Assembly: GCF_006345805.1 (NCBI RefSeq)
Contig: NW_021824846.1
Location: 1 to 64,000, forward strand
Source: Octopus sinensis
Taxonomy: Eukaryota
Reading direction: 5' to 3'
Length of the DNA: 64,000 bases
Numbering within the stretch: the stretch's first letter is position 1; each line of letters opens with the position of its first letter. Shown here piece after piece: positions 24,501-39,500 of the stretch. The notes beneath the pieces were generated by a model that was given only the letters and a program-made list of their open reading frames with translations, was not told the DNA's origin and did not search any database. Both the position numbers and the translations under genes were made by a program.

Positions 24501-27500
24501 AAGCTTATATTTATCCAAGACAACACTAAAATCTCAAAAGTTTTCAGGTTAGAAAATGTCAAAATATTGCATATGTGTACTTGAGAAACAACAGAAAATT
24601 TAGTGATCTCTTAGATAAATATAAGTTAACTGATTGCTAAAAAGCTTATATTTATCCAAGAGAACACTAAAATCTCAAAAGTTTTCAGGTTAGTAAATGT
24701 CAAAATACAGCATATGTGTACTTGAAAAAGGAAAAAAAAATTTAGTGATCTAAATATACGTGTACTTGAAAAACAACAAAAGATTTAGTGATCTATTAGC
24801 TAAATATAAGTTAACTGATTGATAAAAAGCTTATAGTTATCCAAGAGAACAGTAAAATCTCAAAAGTTTTCAGGTTAGAAAATGTGAAAATATTGCATAT
24901 GCGTACTTGAAAAACAACAAAAAATTTAATGATCTAAATATACGTGTACTTGAAAAACAACAAAAGATTTAGTGATCTATTAGCTAAATATAAGTTAACT
25001 GATTGATAAAAAGCTTTCAGGTTACAAAAGTTTTCAGATTACAAAATCTCAAAATATGTGTACTTGAGAAACAACAGAAAATTTAGTGATCTCTTATCTA
25101 AAAATAATTTAGCTGATTGATAAAAAGCTTATATTTATCCTAGAGAACACTAAACTCTCAATAGTTTTCAGGTTAGAAATTGTCAAAATATTGCATTTGC
25201 GTACTTGAAAAACAAAAATTTTAGTGATCTCTTAGCTAAATATAATTTAACTGATTGATAAAAAGCTTATATTTATCCAAGAGAACACTAAAATCTCAAA
25301 AGTTTTCAGGTTAGAATATGTCAAAATATTGCATATGCGTACTTAAAAAACAACAAAAAATTTAGTGATCTCTTAGCTAAATATAAGTTTATTGATTTTT
25401 AAAAAGCTTATATTTATCCAAGAGAATACTAAAATCTCAAAAGTTTTAAGGTTAGAAAATGTCAAAATATGTGTACTTTAAAAACAACAGAAAATTTAGT
25501 GATCTCTTAGCTAAATATAAGTTAACTGATGGATAAAAAGCTTATATTTATCCAAGAGAACACTAAACTCTCAAAAGTTTTCAGGTTAGAAAATGTCAAA
25601 ATATTGCATTTGCGTACTTGAAAAACAACAAAAATTTTAGTGATCTATTAGCCAAATGTAAGTTAACTGATTGCTAAAAAGCTTATATTTATCCAAGAGA
25701 ACACTAAAATCTCAAAAGTTTTCAGGTTAGAAAATGTCAAAATTTATCCAAGAGAACACTAAAATCTCAAAAGTTTTCAGGTTAGAAAATGTCGAAATAT
25801 GTGTACTTGAAAAAGAATAGAAAATTCAGTGATCTCTTAGCTAAATATAATTTAACTGAACACTAAACTCTCAATAGTTTTCAGGTTAGAAATTGTCAAA
25901 ATATTGCATATGCGTACTTAAAAAACAACAAAAAATTTAGTGATCTCTTAGCTAAATATAATTTAACTGATTGATAAAAAGCTTATATTTATCCAAGAGA
26001 ACACTAAAATCTCAAAAGTTTTCAGGTTAGAATATGTCAAAATATTGCATATGCGTACTTAAAAAACAACAAAAATTTAGTGATCTCTTAGCTAAATATA
26101 ATTTAACTGATTGATAAAAAGCTTATATTTATCCAAGAGAACACTAAAATCTCAAAAGTTTTCAGGTTAGAATATGTCAAAATATTGCATATGCGTACTT
26201 AAAAAACAAAAAAAAATTTAGTGATCTCTTAGCTAAATATAAGTTTATTGATTTTTAAAAAGCTTATATTTATCCAAGAGAATACTAAAATCTCAAAAGT
26301 TTTCAGGTTAGAAAATGTCAAAATATGTGTACTTTAAAAACAACAGAAAATTTAGTGATCTCTTAACTGATGAATAAAAAGCTTATATTTATCCAAGAGA
26401 ACACTAAAATCTCAAAAGTTTTCAGGTTAGTAAATGTCAAAATACAGCATATGTGTACTTGAAAAAGAACAAAAAATTTAGTGATCTCTTAGCTGAATAT
26501 AAGTTAACTGATTGATAAAAAGCTTATATTTATCCAAGAGAACACTAAACTCTCAAAAGTTTTCAGGTTAGAAAATGTGAAAATATTGCATATGCGTACT
26601 TGAAAAACAACAAAAAATTTAATGATCTAAATATACGTGTACTTGAAAAACAACAAAAGATTTAGTGATCTGTTAGCTAAATATAAGTTAACTGATTGAT
26701 AAAAAGCTTATATTTATCCAAGAGAACACTAAAATCTCAAAAGTTTTCAGGTTAGAAAATGTCGAAATATGTATACTTGAAAAACAATAGAAAATTCAGT
26801 GATCTCTTAGCTAAATATAATTTAACTGATTGATAAAAAGCTTATAGTTATCCAAGAGAACAGTAAAATCTCAAAAGTTTTCAGGTTAGAAAATGTGAAA
26901 ATATTGCATATGCGTACTTGAAAAACAACAAAAAATTTAATGATCTAAATATACGTGTACTTGAAAAACAACAAAAGATTTAGTGATCTATTAGCTAAAT
27001 GTAAGTTAACTGATTGCTAAAAAGCTTATATTTATCCAAGAGAACACTAAAATCTCAAAAGTTTTCAGGTTAGTAAATGTCAAAATACAGCATATGTGTA
27101 CTTGAAAAAGGAAAAAAAAATTTAGTGACCTAAATATACGTGTACTTGAAAAACAACAAAAGATTTTGTGATCTATTAGCTAAATATAAGTTAACTGATT
27201 GATAAAAAGCTTATAGTTATCCAAGAGAACAGTAAAATCTCAAAAGTTTTCAGGTTAGAAAATGTGAAAATATTGCATATGCGTACTTGAAAAACAACAA
27301 AAAATTTAATGATCTAAATATACGTGTACTTGAAAAACAACAAAAGATTTAGTGATCTATTAGCTAAATATAAGTTAACTGATTGATAAAAAGCTTTCAG
27401 GTTACAAAAGTTTTCAGATTACAAAATCTCAAAATATGTGTACTTGAGAAACAACAGAAAATTTAGTGATCTCTTAGCTAAATATAATTTAACTGATTGA

Positions 27501-30500
27501 TAAAAAGCTTATATTTATCCAAGAGAACAGTAAAATCTCAAAAGTTTTCAGGTTAGAAAATGTGAAAATATGTGTACTTTAAAAACAACAGAAAATTTAG
27601 TGATCTCTTAGCTAAATATAAGTTAACTGATGGATAAAAAGCTTATATTTATCCAAGAGAACACTAAAATCTCAAAAGTTTTCAGGTTAGTAAATGTCAA
27701 AATACAGCATATGTGTACTTGAAAAAGAACAAAAAATTTAGTGATCTCTTAGCTGAATATAAGTTAACTGATTGATAAAAAGCTTATATTTATCCAAGAG
27801 AACACTAAAATCTCAAAAGTTTTCAGGTTAGAAAATGTCAAAATATTGCATATGCGGACATGAAAAACAACAAAATATTTACTGATCTAAATATATGTGT
27901 ACTCGAAAAACAACAAAAAATTTAGTGATCTAAGTTAACTGATTGATAAAAAGCTTATATTTATCCAAGAGAACACTAAACTCTCAAAAGTTTTCAGGTT
28001 AGAAAATGTCAAAATATTGCATTTGCGTACTTGAAAAACAACAAAAATTTTAGTGATCTATTAGCTAAATGTAAGTTAACTGATTGCTAAAAAGCTTATA
28101 TTTATCCAAGAGAACACTAAAATCTCAAAAGTTTTCAGGTTAGAAAATGTGAAAATATTGCATATGCGTACTTGAAAAACAACAAAAAATTTAATGATCT
28201 AAATATACGTGTACTTGAAAAACAACAAAAGATTTAGTGATCTATTAGCTAAATATAAGTTAACTGATTGATAAAAAGCTTATATTTATCCAAGAGAACA
28301 CTAAAATCTCAAAAGTTTTCAGGTTAGAAAATGTTAAAATATGTGTACTTGAAAAACAATAGAAAATTCAGTGATCTCTTAGCTAAATATAATTTAACTG
28401 ATTGATAAAAAGCTTATAGTTATCCAAGAGAACAGTAAACTCTCAAAAGTTTTCAGGTTAGAAAATGTGAAAATATTGCATATGCGTACTTGAAAAACAA
28501 CAAAAAATTTAATGATCTAAATATACGTGTACTTGAAAAACAACAAAAGATTTAGTGATCTATTAGCTAAATATAAGTTAACTGATTGATAAAAAGCTTA
28601 TATTTATCCAAGAGAACACTAAAATCTCAAAAGTTTTCAGGTTAGAAAGTGTCAAAATATGTGTACTTGAAAAACAATAGAAAATTCAGTGATCTCTTAG
28701 CTAAATATAATTTAACTGATTGATAAAAAGCTTATAGTTATCCAAGAGAACAATAAAATCTCAAAAGTTTTCAGGTTAGAAAATGTGAAAATATTGCATA
28801 TGCGTACTTGAAAAACAACAAAAAATTTAATGATCTAAATATACGTGTACTTGAAAAACAACAAAAGATTTAGTGATCTATTAGCTAAATATAAGTTAAC
28901 TGATTGACAAAAAGCTTATATTTATCGAATAGATCACTAATATCTCAAAAGTTTTCAGGTTAGAAAGTGTCAAAATATGTGTACTTGAAAAACAATAGAA
29001 AATTCAGTGATCTCTTAGCTAAATATAATTTAACTGATTGATAAAAAGCTTATAGTTATCCAAGAGAACAATAAAATCTCAAAGTTTTCAGGTTAGAAAA
29101 TGTGAAAATATTGCATATGCGTACTTGAAAAACAACAAAAATTTTAGTGATCTATTAGCTAAATATAAGTTACTGATTGATAAAAACAACAAAAGATTTA
29201 ATGATCTATTAGCTAAATATAAGTTAACTGATTGATAAAAAGCTTATATTTATCCAAGAGAACACTAAAATCTGAAAAGTTTTCAGGTTAGAAAATGTCG
29301 AAATATGTGTACTTGAAAAAGAATAGAAAATTCAGTGATCTCTTAGCTAAATATAATTTAACTGATTGATAAAAAGCTTATAGTTATCCAAGAGAACAGT
29401 AAAATCTCAAAAGTTTTCAGGTTAGAAAATGTGAAAATATTGCATATGCGTACTTGAAAAACAACAAAAAATTTAATGATCTAAATATACGTGTACTTGA
29501 AAAACAACAAAAGATTTAGTGATCTATTAGCTAAATATAAGTTAACTGATTGACAAAAAGCTTATATTATCGAATAGATCACTAATATCTCAAAAGTTTT
29601 CAGGTTAGAAAAGTTAACTGATTGATAAAAAGCTTATAGTTATCCAAGAGAACAGTAAAATCTCAAAATTTTCAGGTTAGAAAATGTGAAAATATTGCAT
29701 ATGCGTACTTGAAAAACAACAAAAAATTTAATGATCTAAATATACGTGTACTTGAAAAACAACAAAAAATTTGGTGATCTCTTAGCTGAATATAAGTTAA
29801 CTGATTGATAAAAAGCTTATATGTATCCAAGAGAACACTAAAATCTCAAAAGTTTTCATGTTAGAAAATGTCAAAATATGCATTTGCGTACTTGAAAAAC
29901 AACAAAAATTTTAGTGATCTCTTAGCTAAATATAATTTAACTGATTGATAAATGCTTATATTTATCCAAGAGAACACTAACTCTCAAAAGTTTTCAGGTT
30001 AGAAAGTGTCAAAATATTGCATATGCGTACATGAAAAAAAACATGTGTACTTGAGAAACAACAGAAAATTTAGTGATCTATTAGCTAACTATAAGTTAAC
30101 TGATTGATAAAAAGCTTGTATTTATCCAAGAGAACACTAAAATCTTTTTAGTTAACTGATTGATAAAAACTTTTTATCCATCAGAATACAAAATGTCAAA
30201 ATATTGCATATGTGTACTTGAAAAACAACGGAAAATTTAGTGATCTTTTAAATGATGGATAAAATGCTTATATTTATCCAAGAGAACACTAAAATCTCAT
30301 ATGTTTTCAGGTTAGTAAATGTCAAAATATTGCATTTGCGTACTAGCTAAATATATTGCTAAAAAGCTTATATTTATCCAAGAGAACAGTAAAATCTCAA
30401 AAGTTTTCAGGTTAGAAAATGTGAAAATATTGCATATGCGTACTTGAAAAACAACAAAAAATTTAATGATCTAAATATACGTGTACTTGAAAAACAACAA

Positions 30501-33500
30501 AAGATTTAGTGATCTATTAGCTAAATATAAGTTAACTGATTGACAAAAAGCTTATATTTATCGAATAGATCACTAATATCTCAAAAGTTTTCAGGTTAGA
30601 AAAGTTAACTGATTGATAAAAAGCTTATAGTTATCCAAGAGAACAGTAAAATCTCAAAAGTTTTCAGGTTAGAAAATGTGAAAATATTGCATATGCGTAC
30701 TTGAAAAACAACAAAAAATTTAATGATCTAAATATACGTGTACTTGAAAAACAACAAAAGATTTAGTGATCTATTAGCTAAATATAAGTTAACTGATTGA
30801 CAAAAAGCTTATATTTATCGAATAGATCACTAATATCTCAAAAGTTTTCAGGTTAGAAAAGTTAACTGATTGATAAAAAGCTTATAGTTATCCAAGAGAA
30901 CAGTAAAATCTCAAAAGTTTTCAGGTTAGAAAATGTGAAAATATGCATATGCGTACTTAAAAACAACAAAAAATTTAATGATCTAAATATACGTGTACTT
31001 GAAAAACAACAAAAATTTTAGTGATCTCTTAGCTAAATATAATTTAACTGATTGATAAAAAGCTTATATGTATCCAAGAGAACACTAAAATCTCAAAAGT
31101 TTTCATGTTAGAAAATGTCAAAATATTGCATTTGCGTACTTGAAAAACAACAAAAATTTTAGTGATCTCTTAGCTAAATATAATTTAACTGATTGATAAA
31201 TGCTTATATTTATCCAAGAGAACACTAAACTCTCAAAAGTTTTCAGTTAGAAAGTGTCAAAATATTGCATATGCGTACATGAAAAAAAACATGTGTACTG
31301 AGAAACAACAGAAAATTTAGTGATCTATTAGCTAACTATAAGTTAACTGATTGATAAAAGCTTGTATTTATCCAAGAGAACACTAAAATCTTTTTAGTTA
31401 ACTGATTGATAAAAACTTTTTATCCATCAGAATACAAAATGTCAAAATATTGCATATGTGTACTTGAAAAAACGGAAAATTTAGTGATCTTTTAAATGAT
31501 GGATAAATGCTTATATTTATCCAAGAGAACACTAAAATCTCATATGTTTTCAGGTTAGTAAATGTCAAAATATTGCATTTGCGTACTAGCTAAATATATT
31601 GCTAAAAAGCTTATATTTATCCAAGAGAACACTAAAATCTCAAAAGTTTTCAGGTTAGAAAATGTCAAAATATTGCACATCTGTACTTGAAAAACAACGA
31701 ATAATTTAGTGATCACTTAGCTAAATATACGTTTATTGATTGATAAAAAGCTTATATTTATCCAAGAGAACACTAAAATCTCAAAAGTTTTCAGTTAGTA
31801 AATGTCAAAATACAGCATATGTGTACTTGAAAAGGAACAAAATTTAGTGATCTCTTAGCTAAATATACGTTTATTGATTGATAAAAAGCTTATATTTATC
31901 CAAGAAACACTAAAATCTCAAAAGTTTTCAGGTTAGAAAATGTCAAAATATTGCATATGCGTACTTGAAAAACAACGAATAATTTAGTGATCACTTAGCT
32001 AAATATAAGTTAACTGATTGATAAAAAGCTTATAGTTATCCAAGAGAACAGTAAATCTCAAAAGTTTTCAGGTTAGAAAATGTCAAAATATAGCATATGC
32101 GTACTTGAAAAACAACAAAAATTTAGTGATCACTTAGCTAAATATAAGTTAACTGATTGATAAAAAGCTTATATATATTCAAGAGAACACTAAAATCTCA
32201 AAAGTTTCAGGTTACAAATGACAAATATTACATATGCGTACTTGAAAACAACAAAAAATTAGTGATCTCTTAGCTATATATAAGTTAACTGATTGATAAA
32301 ACACAAAAATTTTAGTGATCTATTAGCTAAATGTAAGTTAACTGATTGCTAAAAAGCTTATATTCATCCAAGAGACACTAAAATCTCAAAAGTTTTCAGG
32401 TTAGAAAATGTCAAAATATGTGTACTTGAAAAACAATAGAAAATTCAGTGATCTCTTAGCTAAATATAATTTAACTGATTGATAAAAAGCTTATAGTTAT
32501 CCAAGAGAACAGTAAAATCTCAAAAGTTTTGATAAAAAGCTTATATTTATCCAAGAGAACACTAAACTCTCAAAAGTTTTCAGGTTAGAAAATGTCAAAA
32601 TATTGCAGTTGCGTACTTGAAAAACAACAAAAATTTTAGTGATCTATTAGCTAAATGTAAGTTAACTGATTGCTAAAAGCTTATATTTATCCAGAGAACA
32701 CTAAAATCTCAAAAGTTTTCAGGTTAGAAAATGTCAAATATGTGTACTTGAAAAACAATAGAAAATTCAGTGATCTCTTAGCTAAATATAATTTAACTGA
32801 TTGATAAAAGCTTATAGTTATCCAAGAGAACATAAAATCTCAAAAGTTTTCAGGTTAGAAATGTGAAAATATTGCATATGCGTACTTGAAAAACAACAAA
32901 AAATTTAATGATCTTAAATACGTATACTTGAAAACAACAAAAGATTTAGAAATCTATTAGCTAAATATAAGTTAACTGATTGATAAAAAGCTTATATTTA
33001 TCCAAGAGAACACTAAATCTCAAAAGTTTTCAGGTTAGAAAATATCAAATATAGCATATGCGTACTTGAAAACACAAAAAATTTAGTGATCACTTAGCTG
33101 AATATAAGTTACTAATTGATAAAAAGCTTATATTATCCAAGAGAACACTAAAATCTCAAAAGTTTTCATGTTAGAAAATGTCAAATATTGCATTTGCGTA
33201 CTTGAAAACAACAAAAAATTTAGTGATCTATTAGCTAAATATAAGTTAACTAATTGCTAAAAGCTTATATTTATCCAAGAGAACACTAAAATCTCAAAAG
33301 TTTTCAGGTTAGAAAATGTCAAAATATTGCATATGTGTACTTGAGAAACAACAGAAATTTAGTGATCTCTTAGCTAAATATAAGTTAACTGATTGCTAAA
33401 AAGCTTATATTTATCCAAGAGAACACTAAATCTCAAAGTTTTCAGGTTAGTAAATGTCAAAATACAGCATATGTGTACTTGAAAAGGAAAAAAAAATTTA

Positions 33501-36500
33501 GTGATCTAAATATACGTGTACTTGAAAAACAACAAAAGATTTAGTGATCTATTAGCTAAATATAAGTTAACTGATTGATAAAAAGCTTTCAGGTTACAAA
33601 AGTTTTCAGATTACAATCTCAAAATTATGTGTACTTGAGAAACAACAGAAAATTTAGTGATCTCTTAGCTAAAATAATTTAGCTGATTGATAAAAAGCTT
33701 ATATTTATCCTAGAGAACACTAAACTCTCAATAGTTTTCAGGTTAGAAATTGTCAAATATTGCATTTGCGTACTTGAAACAAAAATTTAGTGATCTCTTA
33801 GCTAAATATAATTTAACTGATTGATAAAAAGCTTATATTTATCCAAGAGAACACTAAAATCTCAAAATTTTCAGTTAGAATATGTCAAAATATTGCATAT
33901 GCGTACTTAAAAAACAACAAAAATTTAGTGATCTCTTAGCTAAATATAAGTTTATTGATTTTTAAAAGCTTATATTTATCCAAGAGAATACTAAAATCTC
34001 AAAAGTTTTAAGGTTAGAAATGTCAAAATATGTGTACTTTAAAAACAACAGAAAATTTAGTGATCTCTTAGCTAAATATAAGTTAACTGATGGATAAAAA
34101 GCTTATATTTATCCAAGAGAACACTAAACACTCAAAAGTTTTCAGGTTAGAAAATGTCAAAATATTGCATTTGCGTACTTGAAAAACAACAAAAATTTTA
34201 GTGATCTATTAGCCAAATGTAAGTAACTGATTGCTAAAAGCTTATATTTATCCAAGAGAACACTAAAATCTCAAAGTTTTCAGGTTAGAAAATGTCAAAA
34301 TTTATCCAAGAAACATTAAATCTCAAAAGTTTTCAGGTTAGAAAAGTCAAAATATTGCATATGCGTACTTGAAAAACCAAAAATTTAGTGATCTCTTAGC
34401 TAATATAATTAACTGATTGATAAAAAGCTTATATTTATCCTAGAGAACACTAACTCTCAATAGTTTTCAGGTTAGAAATTGTCAAAATATTGCATATGCG
34501 TACTTAAAAAACAACAAAAAATTTAGTGATCTCTTAGCTAAATATAATTTAACTGATTGCTAAAAAGCTTATATTTATCCAAGAGAACACTAAAATCTCA
34601 AAAGTTTTCAGGTTAGTAAATGTCAAAATACAGCATATGTGTACTTGAAAAAGGAAAAAAAAATTTAGTGACCTAAATATACGTGTACTTGAAAAACAAC
34701 AAAAGATTTTGTGATCTATTAGCTAAATATAAGTTAACTGATTGATAAAAAGCTTATAGTTATCCAAGAGAACAGTAAAATCTCAAAAGTTTTCAGGTTA
34801 GAAAATGTGAAATATTGCATATGCGTACTTGAAAACAACAAAAAATTTAATGATCTAAATATACGTGTACTTGAAAAACAACAAAGATTTAGTGATCTAT
34901 TAGCTAAATAAAGTTAACTGATTGATAAAAAGCTTTCAGGTTACAAAAGTTTTCAGATTACAAAATCTCAAAATATGTGTACTTGAGAAACAACAGAAAA
35001 TTTAGTGATCTCTTAGCTAAATATAAGTTAACTGATTGCTAAAAAGCTTATATTTATCCAAGAGAACACTAAAATCTCAAAAGTTTTCAGGTTAGTAAAT
35101 GTCAAAATACAGCATATGTGTACTTGAAAAAGGAAAAAAAAATTTAGTGATCTAAATATACGTGTACTTGAAAAACAACAAAAGATTTAGTGATCTATTA
35201 GCTAAATATAAGTTAACTGATTGATTAAAAAGCTTATAGTTATCCAAGAGAACAGTAAAATCTCAAAAGTTTTCAGGTTAGTAAATGTCGAAATATGTGT
35301 ACTTGAAAAACAATAGAAAATTCTGTGATCTCTTAGCTAAAAATAATTTAGCTGATTGATAAAAAGCTTATATTTATCCTAGAGAACACTAAACTCTCAA
35401 TAGTTTTCAGGTTAGAAATTGTCAAAATATTGCATTTGCGTACTTGAAAAACAAAAATTTTAGTGATCTCTTAGCTAAATATAATTTAACTGATTGATAA
35501 AAAGCTTATATTTATCCAAGAGAACACTAAAATCTCAAAAGTTTTCAGGTTAGAAAATGTCGAAATATGTGTACTTGAAAAACAATAGAAAATTCAGTGA
35601 TCTCTTAGCTAAATATAATTTAACTGATTGATAAAAAGCTTATAGTTATCCAAGAGAACAGTAAAATCTCAAAAGTTTTCAGTTAGAAAATGTGAAAATA
35701 TTGCATATGCGTACTTGAAAAACAACAAAAAATTTAATGATCTAAATATACGTGTACTTAAAAACAACAAAAGATTTTGTGATCTATTAGCTAAATGTAA
35801 GTTAACTGATTGCTAAAAAGCTTATATTTATCCAAGAGAACACTAAATCTCAAAAGTTTTCAGGTTAGTAAATGTCAAAATACAGCATATGTGTACTTGA
35901 AAAAGGAAAAAAAATTTAGTGATCTAAATGTACGTGTACTTGAAAAACAACAAGATTTAGTGATCTCTTAGCTAAATATAATTTAACTGATTGATAAAAA
36001 GCTATAGTTATCCAAGAGAACAGTAAAATCTCAAAAGTTTTCAGGTTAGAAAATGTGAAAATATTGCATATGCGTACTTGAAAAACAACAAAAAATTTAA
36101 TGATCTAAATATACGTGTACTTGAAAAACAACAAAAGATTTAGTGATCTATTAGCTAAATATAAGTTAACTGATTGATAAAAAGCTTTCAGGTTACAAAA
36201 GTTTTCAGATTACAAAATCTCAAAATATGTGTACTTGAGAAACAACAGAAAATTTAGTGATCTCTTAGCTAAATATAATTTAACTGATTGATAAAAAGCT
36301 TATATTTATCCAAGAGAACATTTAAATCTCAAAAGTTTTCAGGTTAGAAAATGTCAAAATATTGCATATGCGTACTTGAAAAACAACAAAAAATTTAGTG
36401 ATCTCTTAGCTAAATATAATTTTACTGATTGATAAAAAGCTTATATTTATCCTAGAGAACACTAAACTCTCAATAGTTTTCAGGTTAGAAATTGTCAAAA

Positions 36501-39500
36501 TATTGCATATGCGTACCTAAAAAACAACAAACAATTTAGTGATCTCTTAGCTAAATATAATTTAACTGATTGATAAAAAGCTTATATTTATCCAAGAGAA
36601 CACTAAAATCTCAAAAGTTTTCAGGTTAGAAAATGTGAAATATTTGCATATGCGTACTTGAAAAACACAAAAAATATAATGATCTAAATATACGTGTACT
36701 TGAAAAACAACAAAAGATTTAGTGATCTATTAGCTAAATGTAAGTTAACTGATTGCTAAAAAGCTTATATTTATCCAAGAGAACACTAAAATCTCAAAAG
36801 TTTTCAGGTTAGTAAATGTCAAAATACAGCATATGTGTACTTGAAAAAGAAAAAAAAAAATTAGTGATCTAAATATACGTGTACTTGAAAAACAACAAAA
36901 GATTTAGTGATCTATTAGCTAAATATAAGTTAACTGATTGATAAAAAGCTTATAGTTATCCAAGAGAACAGTAAAATCTCAAAAGTTTTCAGGTTAGAAA
37001 TGTGAAAATATTGCATATGCGTACTTGAAAAACACAAAAAATTTAATGATCTAAATATACGTGTACTTGAAATACAACAAAAGATTTAGTGATCTATTAG
37101 CTAAATATAGTTAACTGATTGATAAAAAGCTTCAGGTTACAAAAGTTTTCAGATTACAAAATCTCAAATATGTGTACTTGAGAAACAACAAAATTTAGTG
37201 ATCTCTTAGCTAAATATAATTTAACTGATTGATAAAAAGCTTATATTTATCCAAGAGAACACTTAAATCTCAAAAGTTTTCAGGTTAGAAAATGTCAAAA
37301 TATTGCATATGCGTACTTGAAAAACAACAAAAAATTTAGTGATCTCTTAGCTAAATATAATTTAACTGATTGATAAAAAGCTTATATTTATCCTAGAGAA
37401 CACTAAACTCTCAATAGTTTTCAGGTTAGAAATTGTCAAAATATTGCATTTGCGTACTTGAAAAACAACAAAAATTTTAGTGATCTCTTAGCTAAATATA
37501 AGTTTATTGATTTTTAAAAAGCTTATATTTATCCAAGAGAATACTAAAATCTCAAAGGTTTTCAGGTTAGAAAATGTCAAAATATGTGTACTTTAAAAAC
37601 AACAGAAAATTTAGTGATCTCTTAGCTAAATATAAGTTAACTGATGGATAAAAAGCTTATATTTATGCCAAGAGAACACTAAAATCTCAAAAGTTTTCAG
37701 GTTAGTAAATGTCAAAATACAGCATATGTGTACTTGAAAAAGAACAAAAAATTTAGTGACCTCTTAGCTGAATATAAGTTAACTGATTGATAAAACTTAT
37801 ATTTATCCAAGAGAACACTAAAATCTCAAAAGTTTTCAGGTTAGAAAATGTCAAAATATTGCATATGCGGACATGAAAACAACAAAATATTTATGATCTA
37901 CTAAATATACGTGTACTTGAAAAACAAAAGATTTAGTGATCTATTAGCTAAATATAAGTTAACTGATTGATAAAAGGCTTATATTTATCCAAGAGAACAC
38001 TAAAATCTCAAAGTTTTCAGGTTAGAAAATGTCGAAATATGTGTACTTGAAAAACAATAGAAAATTCAGTGATCTCTTAGCTAAATATAATTTAACTGAT
38101 TGATAAAAAGCTTATAGTTATCCAAGAGACAGTAAAATCTCAAAAGTTTTCAGTTAGAAAATGTGAAATATTGCAATGTGTACTTGAAAAACAACAAAAA
38201 ATTTAATGATCTAAATATACGTGTACTTGAAAACAACAAAAGATTTAGTGATCTATTAGCTAAATGTAAGTTAACTGATTGCTAAAAAGCTTATATTTAT
38301 CGAAGAGAACACTAAAATCTCAAAAGTTTTCAGGTTAGTAAATGTCAAAATACAGCATATGTGTACTTGAAAAAGGAAAAAAAAATTTAGTAGTGATCAA
38401 ATATACTGTACTTGAAAAACAACAAATTTAGTGATATATTAGCTAAATATAAGTTAACTGATTGATAAAAACTTATAGTTATCCAAGAGAACACTAAAAT
38501 CTCAAAAGTTTTCAGGTTAGAAAATGTGAAAATATTGCATATGCGTACTTGAAAAACAACAAAAATTTAATGATCTAAATATACGTGTACTTGAAAACAA
38601 CAAAAATTTAGTGATCTATTAGCTAAATATAAGTTAACTGATTGATAAAAGCTTATATTTATCCAAGAGAACACTTAAATCTCAAAAGTTTTCAGATTTA
38701 AATGTCAAAATATTGCATATGCGTACTTGAAAAACAACAAAAATTTAGTGATCTCTTAGCTAAATATAATTTAACTGATTGATAAAAGCTTATATTTATC
38801 CTAGAGAACACTAAACTCTCAATAGTTTTCAGGTTAGAAATTGTCAAAATATTGCATTTGCGTACTTGAAAAACAACAAAATTTTAGTGATGTCTTAGCT
38901 AAATATAATTTAACTGATTGATAAAAGCTTATATTTATCCAAGAGAACACTAAAATCTCAAAAGTTTTCAGGTTAGAATATGTCAAAATATTGCATATGC
39001 GTACTTAAAAAACAACAAAAAATTTAGTGATCTCTTAGCTAAATATAATTTAACTGATTGATAAAAAGCTTATATTTATCCTAGAAACACTAAACTCTCA
39101 ATAGTTTTCAGGTTAGAAATTGTCAAAATATTGCATTTGCGTACTTGAAAAACAACAAAAATTTTAGTGATCTCTTAGCTAAATATAATTAACTGATTGA
39201 TAAAAAGCTTATATTTATCCAAGAGAACACTAAAATCTCAAAAGTTTTCAGGTTAGAATATGTCAAAATATTGCATATGCGTACTTAAAAACAACAAAAA
39301 ATTTAGTGATCTCTTAGCTAAATATAGTTTATTGATTTTTAAAAGCTTATATTTTATCCAAGAGAATACTAAAATCTCAAAGTTTTCAGGTTAGAAAATG
39401 TCAAAAATGTGTACTTTTAAAACAACAGAAAATTTAGTGATCTCTTAGCTAAATATAAGTTAACTGATGGCTAAAAAGCTTATATTTATCCAAGAGAACA

